In this document: positions 7,952 through 17,896 of the stretch, piece by piece
Layout of the letters: the number at the start of each line of letters is the position of its first letter
Position numbering within the stretch: the stretch's first letter is position 1
Source: Bacteroidota bacterium
GTDB lineage: Bacteria > Bacteroidota > Bacteroidia > NS11-12g > UBA955
Assembly (NCBI GenBank): GCA_046047755.1
Contig: JBJOHK010000073.1
Coordinates: forward strand, 1 to 50,100
DNA length: 50,100 nucleotides
Reading direction: 5' to 3'
Notes under the pieces: generated by a model
The model's database searches: none
What the model was told of the DNA's origin: nothing
Seen by the model: the letters and a program-made list of their open reading frames with translations, nothing else
Position numbers and translations under genes: made by a program

Positions 7952-9625
7952 TCAATCTACGCCTAAGCGCTGAGCCAGATCGAGGCCGTGTTGCTTGGCT
8001 GTTTCTTTGGCAATCTCATACCCTGCATCGGCGTGGCGAACAACTCCCATTCCTGGATCGTTGTGCAGTACGCGGGTCAATCGACGCTGAGCGTCGTCTG
8101 TTCCATCTGCTACAATAACCATTCCTGAGTGAATGCTGTAACCCAAACCTACCCCACCTCCGTGGTGCAGACTTACCCAAGAAGCTCCGCCCGCCGTATT
8201 GATAAAGGCATTCAAAATGGGCCAATCGGCTACGGCATCAGATCCATCCATCATGGCTTCGGTTTCTCGGTTGGGAGAAGCGACTGAGCCCGTATCCAAA
8301 TGATCGCGACCAATCACTATTGGGGCTTTCAATTCCCCAGTGCGCACCATTTCATTGAAGGCCAAAGCCGCCTTCTGACGCTCACCCTGACCCAACCAAC
8401 AAATTCGAGCCGGCAAGCCTTGAAAAGCAATGCGCTCTTGTGCCATAGTTACCCAACGGCGCAAACTCTCGTTCTCAGGGAAGAGTTCCAATATTTTGCG
8501 ATCAGTGGCGTAAATATCTTCAGGGTCACCGCTCAAAGCCACCCATCTGAATGGACCTTTACCCTCGCAGAACAAGGGGCGAATATAGGCCGGCACAAAA
8601 CCAGGAAAATCAAAAGCATTCTTCAATCCCTTTTCCAAGGCACGGCCGCGCAGGTTGTTGCCGTAATCAAAGGTGATGGCTCCTTTTTTCTGCATTTCCA
8701 GCATCAATTCCACGTGTTTGACCATGGTTTGATAACTCAGTTCCACGTATTGATCGGGATTGCTTTCGCGCAAGGTATCAGCCGCATGTGTGCTCATGTT
8801 CATGGGGTAATACCCTATCAATGGGTCGTGAGCCGAAGTCTGGTCCGTCAAGGTATCGGGAATCACATTTCGCTCTAACATGCGCTGTAGCAAATCAACA
8901 GCGTTGGCTTTGACACCAATGCTAACCGCATCGCCCTTTTCTTTGGCAGCCAAGGCCATATCAATCGCCTCGTCAATGTCTCGAGACATAAAATCCAAAT
9001 AACGGGTCTCCAAGCGCTTGCGAATTCGCCACTCTTCCACTTCGGCCACCAAGGCCACCCCTTCGTTCATGGTAATAGCCAGAGGCTGAGCCCCGCCCAT
9101 TCCACCCAATCCAGCGGTTACGTTCAAGGTTCCTTTCAACGAACCGCCAAAATGTTGGCGGGCACACTCGGCATAGGTCTCGTAAGTACCCTGCACAATG
9201 CCCTGAGAGCCAATGTAGATCCAACTTCCAGCCGTCATCTGGCCATACATCATCAATCCTTTGGCTTCCAGCTCGCGGAAATGATCCCAGTTGGCCCAAT
9301 TGGGCACCAACTGAGAATTGGATATCAAAACGCGAGGCGCGTCTTTGTGAGAGGGCAAAATGGCTACCGGCTTACCGCTCTGTACCATCAAGGTCTCATC
9401 TTCATTCAAATCTTTCAACGCGGCACAAATCTGATCAAAGGCTTCCCAGTTTCGGGCGGCCTTGCCTAATCCACCGTAAACGATGAGATCTTCAGGCCTT
9501 TCAGCCACTTCTGGATCGAGGTTGTTGTGCAGCATGCGATAGGCCGCTTCTTGGACCCATCCTTTGCAATTCAATGTTGTTCCCGTGGGCGCTTTCAGCA
9601 CGCGAGGTCCCTTCATGACTTCCAT
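7952..9625 (-). CDS. hutU: Urocanate hydratase
   Basis: 557 aa. Strong family resemblance throughout: [61 protein letters not shown]. Confidence 0.92.
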   Translation of the reverse strand: MEVMKGPRVLKAPTGTTLNCKGWVQEAAYRMLHNNLDPEVAERPEDLIVYGGLGKAARNWEAFDQICAALKDLNEDETLMVQSGKPVAILPSHKDAPRVLISNSQLVPNWANWDHFRELEAKGLMMYGQMTAGSWIYIGSQGIVQGTYETYAECARQHFGGSLKGTLNVTAGLGGMGGAQPLAITMNEGVALVAEVEEWRIRKRLETRYLDFMSRDIDEAIDMALAAKEKGDAVSIGVKANAVDLLQRMLERNVIPDTLTDQTSAHDPLIGYYPMNMSTHAADTLRESNPDQYVELSYQTMVKHVELMLEMQKKGAITFDYGNNLRGRALEKGLKNAFDFPGFVPAYIRPLFCEGKGPFRWVALSGDPEDIYATDRKILELFPENESLRRWVTMAQERIAFQGLPARICWLGQGERQKAALAFNEMVRTGELKAPIVIGRDHLDTGSVASPNRETEAMMDGSDAVADWPILNAFINTAGGASWVSLHHGGGVGLGYSIHSGMVIVADGTDDAQRRLTRVLHNDPGMGVVRHADAGYEIAKETAKQHGLDLAQRLGVD

Positions 9626-9629
9626 ATGG

Positions 9630-9637
9630 CAAAGATA
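9630..9637 (-). promoter_or_regulatory. -7 box TATCTTTG abutting the hutU start
   Basis: Exact TAnnTTTG on the minus strand, with 4 nt between its G and ATG 9625. Confidence 0.55.
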
Positions 9638-9671
9638 ACCACAGAGGGCCGAAAGGGTTTGCTCGAAAGGA

Positions 9672-11780
9672 CTAGAATTTCATGGTCAAGCCAATTCTTC
9701 GACGCGGAATATCCAATTCGGTTACCCGCACTCGAACGGCTTGGCCCAGGCTCAATTTCTCCGACGGATGCTTCAAAAACTCATGGCATATTTGGCTGAT
9801 GTGCACCAAACCATCTTGTTTGACACCGATGTCAACAAAGGCCCCAAAATTGGTCAAGTTGGTCACTACACCATGCAGTTCCATACCCGAATCCAAGTCT
9901 TCTATCTTTCGCACTTTCCTATCAAAAGCCGAGGCTTCTGCCTGTCCCCTCATGTCTAGCCCAGGCTTAAGCAATTCGGCCACTATATCCTTCAAGGTGG
10001 GCAAACCAATACCTTGAGTTTCGTTCACTAAGCTTGACAAGTCCAATTCCTTAAGAGCGGCTTCATTGGCAATCAAGTCCGAAACTTTGAGTTTGAGTTG
10101 GGCCGCCATCTGCTTCAAAACAGCGTAACGCTCGGGGTGAATGCCTGTGTTTTCAATGGGGTCGTTGCCTCTAATTCGCAAAAAACCGGCACTCTGCTCA
10201 AAGGCTTTTGCCCCTAAGCGAGGCACATCCATAAGTTGACTGCGCTTGACAAAAGGACCCTTTTGGGCTCGGTAGGCGACAATGTTTTCAGCTAAGACAG
10301 GACCCAAACCACTGACCTGGGTCAATACGTGTTTGCTGGCTGTATTCAGGTTGATTCCCACCGCGTTTACGGCAGACTCCAACACTTGATCCAATCGCTT
10401 CTTCAGCAAGGTCTGATTCACATCGTGCTGGTATTGGCCTACTCCTATGCTTTTGGGATCAATTTTTACCAATTCACTCAACGGGTCTTGCAAGCGACGA
10501 CCGATGCTTACAGCTCCCCTTACGGTGACGTCTTCATTGGGAAATTCTTCTCGCGCTATGGCTGAAGCAGAATAAACACTAGCCCCACTTTCGTTCACCG
10601 AATACACTTCGATTCCCAGCGGTTCTAACGCATCGCGGCACAGATCTTCGGTCTCGCGACCTGCCGTTCCATTCCCCACCGCTACGGCCTGAATTCCAAA
10701 CTGCTGAGACCAACGCTTCAAATCAGCCACAGCAGCATCCCACTGTCGCTGAGGTTCATGAGGATAGATGACCCCATGAAAGATCAAGGTACCCGCTGGA
10801 TCCAAGGCCACTACTTTACAACCTGTTCTATACCCCGGATCAACGGCTAGAACAGCTTTTTCTCCTAAGGGTGCAGCCAGCAACAATTGGCGCACATTAA
10901 GGGCAAATACCCCAATAGCATCTTCCTCAGCCTTGGCTCGGGCATCGGCTAGCCATTCGTTTTCCAAACTGGGTTGAAGCAAGCGCTTGTATGCATCTTC
11001 AGCGGCCTGGCCTACTTGATCACTGGAATCACCGTAGCCTTTCAAACAATGCCGCTTGAGCATGGGCCAAGTTCGCTCTTCCCAAGGGGCTTCTACTTTT
11101 AGACTAAGAAAACCCAAATCTGCCCCACGGCTGACAGCCATGAGTCTATGATGCTGTACCCTCTTTAAGGGCTCTTGATAATCGAAGTAATCCCGAAACT
11201 TTTGGGCATCCACATGATCCTTTTTCCCTCGCGCTGGCTTGACCCATATACTTCCTTGCTGAGCCCAGAGCTCACGGGTTTTGTTGCGCAGTGGAACGTC
11301 TTCTGAAATCCACTCCGCCACGATGTCTCGCGCGCCCTGCAAGGCCTCCTCCCGCGACATACCAACAGGTTGGTGCGCCTTCAAAATTTGAGATAAATGC
11401 GGATTTTTTTGCTTGAATATTTCCTGCGCTAAAGGCTCCAACCCTTTCTCGCGCGCCGCATCGGCGCGCGTTTTGCGACGTGCCTTGTAAGGCAAGTACA
11501 AATCTTCTAATTCTTGCAAGGTATTGGCCTTCAAAATAGACTGCTCCAATTCGTTTGTCAATTTGCCTTGTTCACGAATGGAATCCAGCACAAAAACCCG
11601 GCGCTTCTCCAACTGCTCCAATGCTTCAGCTTCTTCCTTGATGGAGATAATTTGAACCTCGTCCAAATGACCGGTGGCTTCCTTTCTATAACGTGCAATA
11701 AAAGGTACTGTAGACCCCTCACCGAGCAATTTCAACACCGCTTTTCGCTGCCACTCCTTTATTCCAGACACTGAATGCAT
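9672..11780 (-). CDS. tex: Tex-family RNA-binding transcription accessory protein (YqgF-like, HhH and S1 domains)
   Basis: 702 aa. Tex N-terminus ([14 protein letters not shown]), a central RNase-H-like segment ([12 protein letters not shown]), and a C-terminal S1 domain ([17 protein letters not shown]...GLVHISQ). Confidence 0.88.
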   Translation of the reverse strand: MHSVSGIKEWQRKAVLKLLGEGSTVPFIARYRKEATGHLDEVQIISIKEEAEALEQLEKRRVFVLDSIREQGKLTNELEQSILKANTLQELEDLYLPYKARRKTRADAAREKGLEPLAQEIFKQKNPHLSQILKAHQPVGMSREEALQGARDIVAEWISEDVPLRNKTRELWAQQGSIWVKPARGKKDHVDAQKFRDYFDYQEPLKRVQHHRLMAVSRGADLGFLSLKVEAPWEERTWPMLKRHCLKGYGDSSDQVGQAAEDAYKRLLQPSLENEWLADARAKAEEDAIGVFALNVRQLLLAAPLGEKAVLAVDPGYRTGCKVVALDPAGTLIFHGVIYPHEPQRQWDAAVADLKRWSQQFGIQAVAVGNGTAGRETEDLCRDALEPLGIEVYSVNESGASVYSASAIAREEFPNEDVTVRGAVSIGRRLQDPLSELVKIDPKSIGVGQYQHDVNQTLLKKRLDQVLESAVNAVGINLNTASKHVLTQVSGLGPVLAENIVAYRAQKGPFVKRSQLMDVPRLGAKAFEQSAGFLRIRGNDPIENTGIHPERYAVLKQMAAQLKLKVSDLIANEAALKELDLSSLVNETQGIGLPTLKDIVAELLKPGLDMRGQAEASAFDRKVRKIEDLDSGMELHGVVTNLTNFGAFVDIGVKQDGLVHISQICHEFLKHPSEKLSLGQAVRVRVTELDIPRRRIGLTMKF

Positions 11781-11786
11781 AGTGAA

Positions 11787-11794
11787 CGAAAATA
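11787..11794 (-). promoter_or_regulatory. Variant -7 box TATTTTCG near the tex start
   Basis: One mismatch to TAnnTTTG, with 6 nt to ATG 11780. Confidence 0.3.
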
Positions 11795-11947
11795 CATCGG
11801 CACTGAAACGCTAATGGACTAATTTGCCACCGATTTTTCCACTATGAGAATCGCGCTTCCCCTGGTGTTATGGACTGTTTTAACAGTTTTATGGCCTTGG
11901 CCTGTCATGGCCTTGAATGTATGTATGGGGAAGCGTCTATTTTCTGT

Positions 11948-12709
11948 TCAGGAACTGAGCACAGACTTGCTCAGTTTTTGGCCTTGCTCGTCACAAACCA
12001 GTTCATGATGCCAGAACTGAACCTTTCGAAAATCAAACCCACAGAGTTTGGATAGGTACAATTGGGCAGCCGTACTGATCAACAAATCTTCACCTCGAAC
12101 TATATGGGTTATCGATTGCCAGCAATCTTCCAGTAGGGATACCCACTGATAGGCGGGTATTCCATCTTTGCGCCAAATGACGAAATCTCCCAATTCCTGC
12201 TGCAAATCCAAGCAAACCAGTCCTTGTTCTTTATCCCGCCAAACTACTTCTACGGATTCATCAACCTTCAATTTCAAGGCATACTTGCGTTGAGCGGCAC
12301 CAGATTCCAACACTTCAAGCGCTACGGGCAATTCGGCCTTTGAAAGCAGCGTTTCTCGGCAGGAACATACCTTGTCCTTCCGAGAACAAGAACACAAATA
12401 CAAAAGCCCAGACCCTCCCCATTCTAACAAGGCTTGCTTGTAATCATCCACGCGCAGGCGTTGCGAATATTGGGAAAGATGCTCTTCGGCTGTACGAGGA
12501 CCCAATTCCCAGGTCAAACCTGCTTCTTCGAGGTCTACGAATATGCGCTCAATGTAATCAGGCCTGGCCCGTGGGCCATCCATATCATCAATGCGCAGAA
12601 GCACTTCCCCTTGGCATTCATTCATCCATCGGCGAATGCGCTGAAAATTAGCCAAATTCCCAGCATGCAAATAGCCACTAGGAGTTGGCGCAAAGCGTGA
12701 TCTTAGCAT
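11948..12709 (-). CDS. gluQ: Glutamyl-Q tRNA(Asp) synthetase-like protein (truncated GluRS paralog)
   Basis: ATG 12709 gives [18 protein letters not shown], a HIGH-type motif. Also present: RIDDMD, a CSCSRKDKVCSC zinc knuckle, IVRGEDL, and KLSKS five residues before the stop. The start overlaps the icmF stop by 1 nt (TAATG). Confidence 0.75.
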   Translation of the reverse strand: MLRSRFAPTPSGYLHAGNLANFQRIRRWMNECQGEVLLRIDDMDGPRARPDYIERIFVDLEEAGLTWELGPRTAEEHLSQYSQRLRVDDYKQALLEWGGSGLLYLCSCSRKDKVCSCRETLLSKAELPVALEVLESGAAQRKYALKLKVDESVEVVWRDKEQGLVCLDLQQELGDFVIWRKDGIPAYQWVSLLEDCWQSITHIVRGEDLLISTAAQLYLSKLCGFDFRKVQFWHHELVCDEQGQKLSKSVLSS

Positions 12710-15700
12710 TACATGTTGCGTCGGTATTGGCCACCGACAGAGAACAATGATTCCGTGATTTGACCCAAGCTGCAATATTTGCAGGCCTCCATCAATTCCT
12801 CAAACAAATTTTGCTGAGCGATGGCCGCCACCTGCAATCGATGCAAATGCTCTGATGAACGGTCAGCATAGTAGGTATGCAAATCTTTGATCGTTTTGAT
12901 CTGCTGCTGCTTTTCCTCTTCTGTTGAGCGAATCACCTCTCCAGGAACCAAAGTGGGCGATCCTTTGGAGTTCAAGAAAGTATTGACCCCTACAATGGGA
13001 TACTCCCCCGTATGCTTTAAGGTTTCGTAGTACAAGCTTTCCTCTTGAATCTTTCCTCGCTGATACATGGTTTCCATGGCCCCGAGCACCCCTCCGCGTT
13101 CGGTGATTCTATCAAACTCCGTCAACACAGCCTCTTCGACCAAATCAGTCAATTCTTCAATGATGAAAGAACCTTGAATGGGATTCTCATTTTTGGCCAG
13201 ACCCAACTCTTTATTGATGATCAACTGAATGGCCATGGCACGGCGCACACTTTCCTCTGTGGGAGTGGTAATGGCCTCGTCATAGGCATTCGTATGCAAG
13301 CTGTTGCAGTTGTCATATATGGCATACAAGGCCTGCAACGTAGTGCGAATATCGTTGAAGTCGATTTCCTGAGCGTGCAAGGATCGACCGCTGGTTTGGA
13401 TGTGATACTTCAACATCTGTGAGCGAGCATTTCCTCCGTACTTCAACTTCAAAGCCTTAGCCCACAAACGACGAGCCACTCGACCGATGACCGCATACTC
13501 GGGATCTACGCCATTGGAGAAGAAGAAACTCAAATTGGGCGCAAAATCATCGATGTGCATGCCTCGGCTTAGGTAGTACTCCACATAGGTAAAGCCATTG
13601 GCCAGCGTAAAGGCCAATTGGGTAATGGGGTTGGCCCCCGCCTCGGCAATGTGGTAACCCGAAATCGATACGCTGTAGAAATTGCGTACCTTTTTGTCAA
13701 TGAAATAAGCCTGAACATCGCCCATCAAACGAAGGGCAAACTCCGTTGAGAAAATGCAGGTATTCTGGGCCTGATCTTCTTTTAAAATGTCGGCTTGAAC
13801 GGTACCGCGAACTTGACTCAGGGTATAGGCCTTAATGCGGGCATAGGTTTCGGCGTCCAATACTTGATCGCCGGTAACACCCAACAGCATCAAGCCCAAG
13901 CCATCATTGCCCGCAGGCAATTCGGCATTGTATCGGGGACGAGCCAAGCCTTTTGAGGCATACATAGCATCAATCTTGGCATTTATTTCGGCTTCCATGC
14001 CCTGCTCTTTGATGTACAACTCGCATTGTTGATCAATGGCAGCATTCATAAAGAAGCCTAACAGCATTGGGGCTGGGCCGTTGATGGTCATGGAAACCGA
14101 GGTCTTCGGATCAGCCAAATTAAAACCGCTGTACAAGCGCTTCGCGTCGTCCAAACAACTGATACTTACCCCTGAGTTGCCAATTTTACCATAGATATCA
14201 GGGCGAGTATCGGGATTACGACCGTACAAAGTGACGGAATCAAATGCCGTACTCAGACGCTTGGCGGGCATGGCCATTGAAACATAATGGAATCGCTTAT
14301 TGGTACGCTCAGGGCCACCTTCACCCGCAAACATACGGGTGGGATCCTCGCCTTCTCTTTTGAAGGGATAAATACCCGCCGTGTATGGAAACTCGCCCGG
14401 CACATTCTCCTTAAGCTGCCATTCGAGCAAATCACCCCAGGCTTGGTAACGAGGAGTCACCACTTTCGGAATTGCCGTATGGCTCAAACTTTCTGTATGC
14501 GTTTTCAAGCGCAACTCTTTGTCGCGCACCTTGAATACGTATTCTTCGTTTTTATACAAATCACGCTTCGCTTGCCAGTTTTCAATCAGAGCCGTATTGG
14601 AGGGGCTCAATTGGCTTTTTACTGACTCATAGACCAGGCTCAACTCTTGGATCAAAGCCTCTGATCCATTCTGCTCCTTCATTTGCTGAATGGTCTCAGA
14701 CAAAGCGTACAACCGCTGAGCCAATTTCTTTTGCTCGCGCACTTGACCATCATACCCTCGATTGTATTCAGCGATCTCACTCAGGTAGCGATTGCGAGAA
14801 GGGGGAATGACAAAAATTTTCTCACTGAGCTCCTCACTGGCTTCTACGGCAGTCTTGAAATCAGCACCGGTTTTGGCCGCCACCGTATCCATCAAACAGC
14901 GGTACAAGGCATTCATGCCTGGATCGTTGAACTGAGAGGCTATGGTTCCAAAAACAGGCATTCGCTCTACATCAGTTTCAAACAATTTATGATTGCGTTG
15001 GTACTGCTTTCGCACATCGCGCAGCGCATCCAAAGCTCCACGTTTATCAAACTTGTTCAATGCCACCACATCGGCGTAATCGAGCATGTCAATCTTTTCC
15101 AACTGGGTAGCAGCCCCGTATTCTGGAGTCATCACATACATGGCTACGTCGCAATGTTCTGTGATCATAGTGTCGCTCTGACCAATGCCGCTGGTTTCAA
15201 CAATCACTAAATCATAACCCGCCACTTTCAAAATGGCTACCGCGTCATCTACATGGCTACTCATGGCCAAATTGGCCTGCCTTGTGGCCATTGAACGCAT
15301 GTAGACTCGCTCGTTGTGAATGCTATTCATGCGAATGCGATCACCCAAAAGGGCTCCTCCTGTTTTGCGCTTGGATGGATCAATGGAGATGATGGCCAAT
15401 GTTTTTTCCGGAAAATCAACCAAATAGCGGCGAACCAATTCATCCACCAATGAACTCTTGCCCGCCCCACCTGTACCGGTTATGCCCAAAACAGGGGTGC
15501 TCAAATCAGCAGCTTGTTCGCGTATGGCTTGCAGTTGTGCTGCGTGTCTTTCGGGGAAATTTTCTGCCGCTGAAATCAAGCGCGCCAAATCACGGTTATG
15601 GCGAGTCGACAGCCTAACATTCTCCTGAGACTCAGAGCCCAAGGCCTGGTCGCTTCGCTTAACCAAGTCATTGATCATGCCTTGCAGACCCATAGACCGG

Positions 15701-16077
15701 CCGTCATCAGGACTGTAGATACGGGCAATGCCGTAGTCCATCAGCTCTTGTATTTCTTCAGGAAGTATGACCCCTCCGCCGCCACCGAAAATCTGAATGT
15801 GATCAGCTCCTCGTTCCTTAAGCAGGTCGTACATATACTTAAAGTATTCGATATGACCTCCTTGATACGAAGTCATAGCAATGGCGTTGGCATCTTCTTG
15901 AATCGCCGTTTCTACTACCTCTTGAACGCTACGATCGTGGCCCAGGTGAATCACCTCACAACCGGTAGACTGAATAATGCGGCGCATTACATTGATGGCG
16001 GCATCGTGCCCGTCGAACAAACTGGCGGCCGTCACCACCCGCACTTTATTGACGGGAGTGTAAACTAGAGTCTCCAT
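12709..16077 (-). CDS. icmF: Fused isobutyryl-CoA mutase (B12-binding domain, MeaB-like GTPase, mutase barrel)
   Basis: About 1120 aa. The N-terminal B12 domain has [13 protein letters not shown], the central G-domain has P-loop GTGGAGKSS, and the C-terminal part is a methylmalonyl-CoA-mutase-like catalytic domain. ATG 16077 is preferred because a -7 box sits at 16089-16096; the track's TTG 16101 lies upstream of that box. Confidence 0.88.
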   Translation of the reverse strand: METLVYTPVNKVRVVTAASLFDGHDAAINVMRRIIQSTGCEVIHLGHDRSVQEVVETAIQEDANAIAMTSYQGGHIEYFKYMYDLLKERGADHIQIFGGGGGVILPEEIQELMDYGIARIYSPDDGRSMGLQGMINDLVKRSDQALGSESQENVRLSTRHNRDLARLISAAENFPERHAAQLQAIREQAADLSTPVLGITGTGGAGKSSLVDELVRRYLVDFPEKTLAIISIDPSKRKTGGALLGDRIRMNSIHNERVYMRSMATRQANLAMSSHVDDAVAILKVAGYDLVIVETSGIGQSDTMITEHCDVAMYVMTPEYGAATQLEKIDMLDYADVVALNKFDKRGALDALRDVRKQYQRNHKLFETDVERMPVFGTIASQFNDPGMNALYRCLMDTVAAKTGADFKTAVEASEELSEKIFVIPPSRNRYLSEIAEYNRGYDGQVREQKKLAQRLYALSETIQQMKEQNGSEALIQELSLVYESVKSQLSPSNTALIENWQAKRDLYKNEEYVFKVRDKELRLKTHTESLSHTAIPKVVTPRYQAWGDLLEWQLKENVPGEFPYTAGIYPFKREGEDPTRMFAGEGGPERTNKRFHYVSMAMPAKRLSTAFDSVTLYGRNPDTRPDIYGKIGNSGVSISCLDDAKRLYSGFNLADPKTSVSMTINGPAPMLLGFFMNAAIDQQCELYIKEQGMEAEINAKIDAMYASKGLARPRYNAELPAGNDGLGLMLLGVTGDQVLDAETYARIKAYTLSQVRGTVQADILKEDQAQNTCIFSTEFALRLMGDVQAYFIDKKVRNFYSVSISGYHIAEAGANPITQLAFTLANGFTYVEYYLSRGMHIDDFAPNLSFFFSNGVDPEYAVIGRVARRLWAKALKLKYGGNARSQMLKYHIQTSGRSLHAQEIDFNDIRTTLQALYAIYDNCNSLHTNAYDEAITTPTEESVRRAMAIQLIINKELGLAKNENPIQGSFIIEELTDLVEEAVLTEFDRITERGGVLGAMETMYQRGKIQEESLYYETLKHTGEYPIVGVNTFLNSKGSPTLVPGEVIRSTEEEKQQQIKTIKDLHTYYADRSSEHLHRLQVAAIAQQNLFEELMEACKYCSLGQITESLFSVGGQYRRNM

Positions 16078-16088
16078 AAATGACCCTA

Positions 16089-16096
16089 CAAAGGTA
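16089..16096 (-). promoter_or_regulatory. -7 box TACCTTTG upstream of icmF
   Basis: Exact TAnnTTTG on the minus strand, 11 nt from ATG 16077. Confidence 0.45.
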
Positions 16097-16102
16097 GGCA
16101 AT

Positions 16103-16441
16103 TCAGGATTTCAGACTATTCAGACAAACACGCAGATAATGCAGGGCTAGAATGCACAAACCGGCTATAAAAAAGGGCATGGCCCAATGTCGCTTGGTAT
16201 CATCGAAATAGAACTCTCCGAACATCCAGATGGCATTCGCCGTTATCCAAGAACTAATGGCCAAGTTATGAGCCAATTCTGAACGATCGCCTCGGCTCAA
16301 CCAGGTAATCCAGAGACTCAATAGAAAGGTGGGGACAGCCATGGTAACGCCCAAAACTTTGAAATCCGAAATCCAAGCAAAATCCTTCAACAGCCAAAAG
16401 ACAATGTGCAGATTTTCCTTGGCCCTCAATCTCGAATTCAT
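16103..16441 (-). CDS. Small integral membrane protein, function unknown
   Basis: 112 aa with 3-4 predicted TM segments. It lies immediately upstream of icmF on the same strand. Confidence 0.5.
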   Translation of the reverse strand: MNSRLRAKENLHIVFWLLKDFAWISDFKVLGVTMAVPTFLLSLWITWLSRGDRSELAHNLAISSWITANAIWMFGEFYFDDTKRHWAMPFFIAGLCILALHYLRVCLNSLKS

Positions 16442-16445
16442 GGGG

Positions 16446-16453
16446 CGAAGATA
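16446..16453 (-). promoter_or_regulatory. Variant -7 box TATCTTCG
   Basis: One mismatch to TAnnTTTG, with 4 nt to ATG 16441. Confidence 0.3.
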
Positions 16454-16465
16454 GCATCAGCCGAC

Positions 16466-16473
16466 TACCTTTG
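16466..16473 (+). promoter_or_regulatory. -7 box TACCTTTG upstream of the GSCFA gene
   Basis: Exact TAnnTTTG, 32 nt upstream of TTG 16506. Confidence 0.4.
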
Positions 16474-16505
16474 TTTGACCGAACCCCAAAGCCTAGCGCT
16501 GCCCC

Positions 16506-17276
16506 TTGCAAACGAATTTTGAGATAGAGAATAACCCTGTTTTAAACCCCAGCGATTCGTGGGGATTTTGGGGCTCATGCTTTAGCCAGGAAATGTCCCA
16601 ACGCTTCCGTCTAAAGGGCTTACCGATTTGGCAGCACCCGCACGGAACAGTTTTCAGTTCCCGGGCCATGCGCGAACAATTGCGAGCATTGCGTAGAGGC
16701 CATTGGGACCTTGTCGAAACACCCGATGGATGCAGGAGCTGGCAGGCCGCTCACAAAATTCCGATCCATGACGAGCAACAAGATATTCAAGAACTACGCA
16801 CTCAATTGGGTCGTTTGGATTTGCTGTTCATCACTCTCGGGTCTGCCTATACCTACTACCACAAGCCCAGTGAAATCTGGGCAGCCAACTGCCATAAAAT
16901 TGACCAGCGCAGCTTCACCAAACACCTGCTGAGCCCCGATGAAATAGCCGCTGATTTATTAGAGATTCGCTCCCATCTTCAGTCGTTAAACCCATCTTTA
17001 AAAGTCATATGGACCTTGAGCCCCGTTCGCCATCTGCGAGACGGAATTGTGGAAAACGCCCGAAGCAAAGCCCATTGTTTGACGGCCCTTCACCGGCACA
17101 TAGAGTCTTCAAGCGACATGTACTTCCCCTCCTATGAAATCGCCACTGAAGAGTTGCGCGATCACCGTCATTTTGCGGCCGATATGGCCCACTTAAACGC
17201 CGAAGCCGTTGACTACATTTTCCTTCGCCTCTGCCAAGCTTGGGGTACAGAAGCATTGATGGCACTTCTCTCTTAG
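16506..17276 (+). CDS. GSCFA-domain protein
   Basis: The N-terminus carries the family-defining GSCF motif (WGFWGSCFSQEM). TTG start. The stop overlaps the convergent lipoprotein gene by 4 nt. Confidence 0.6.
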   Translation: MQTNFEIENNPVLNPSDSWGFWGSCFSQEMSQRFRLKGLPIWQHPHGTVFSSRAMREQLRALRRGHWDLVETPDGCRSWQAAHKIPIHDEQQDIQELRTQLGRLDLLFITLGSAYTYYHKPSEIWAANCHKIDQRSFTKHLLSPDEIAADLLEIRSHLQSLNPSLKVIWTLSPVRHLRDGIVENARSKAHCLTALHRHIESSSDMYFPSYEIATEELRDHRHFAADMAHLNAEAVDYIFLRLCQAWGTEALMALLS

Positions 17277-17896
17277 TTGGATTTCCCAGCTGAACTGTTG
17301 GCATCCAAACTTAGGCGATCAGCCAATTCTTGCATGGGCTCTTCCAAACGGTGGTAATTCGGTTCTACGGCCCTCAATCTCTGGGTGATATCAATGGCTT
17401 CTGCTTCATTCTCACGCAGTGCCTTTTCCAGCTTCAAAGCTTCCTTTCTGTATTCAGACCTGTCTTGGTCATACTGTCCCGACTGTATGGCTTTTGACAG
17501 TCCTTTAAGGGTATAAAATTGCTCTTCCGAACGCAGAACTGCTTGAGAATACCGCTCGCTTAAATCTCGATAAATGCGAAAAATGGAGTTGTACAAACTC
17601 GCGTTTTCTTGATCAGATTCGCTCAAGTCTGCAGCCTGAACAAACTTCAAGGCCTTCAAGCGCACATCCATGCGCTCTTTTCTTTCGGAAATCTCTTCCA
17701 TGCTATACACATACAAGGCACGGGTCTGATTGAGCTGCCTAAAAAGGGAGTCGTTAAACTGTTGGCAAACCTTGCGGTTTTCTACACCAGAAACTGATTC
17801 TCCACATGAGCCTATAAATAGAGCAAAAATCAAGGCCCATATTCCGCAATGCTGCGCTATATTCGGCAGGGTTAAACGCCAATTCCAATCCTTCAT
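17273..17896 (-). CDS. Coiled-coil lipoprotein, function unknown
   Basis: ATG 17896 gives a signal peptide with lipobox (ALFIGSCGES). The rest is Glu/Arg/Leu-rich and helical. The start is chosen because a variant -7 box (17910-17917) lies downstream of the track's start at 17932. Confidence 0.5.
   Translation of the reverse strand: MKDWNWRLTLPNIAQHCGIWALIFALFIGSCGESVSGVENRKVCQQFNDSLFRQLNQTRALYVYSMEEISERKERMDVRLKALKFVQAADLSESDQENASLYNSIFRIYRDLSERYSQAVLRSEEQFYTLKGLSKAIQSGQYDQDRSEYRKEALKLEKALRENEAEAIDITQRLRAVEPNYHRLEEPMQELADRLSLDANSSAGKSN
17858..17865 (+). promoter_or_regulatory. Variant -7 box TATATTCG upstream of chrA
   Basis: One mismatch to TAnnTTTG, 31 nt upstream of ATG 17897. It lies inside the divergent lipoprotein CDS. 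Confidence 0.25.

Noticed and set aside
7952-9625. hutU without neighbouring hutH, hutI or hutG: an orphan histidine-utilisation gene.
   Set aside because: hut genes are frequently scattered in Bacteroidota. The gene looks intact, with its own promoter and terminator. Nothing in the sequence suggests an unusual function.
11870-12055. A 61-aa plus-strand ORF in the gluQ-tex spacer, and a hairpin ACTGTT-TT-AACAGT (about 11874-11887) followed by TTTT.
   Set aside because: The ORF overlaps the gluQ 3' end in antisense and has no promoter box. The hairpin has a 2-nt loop, so at most 5 effective bp. Its T-tract is on the strand that carries no gene.
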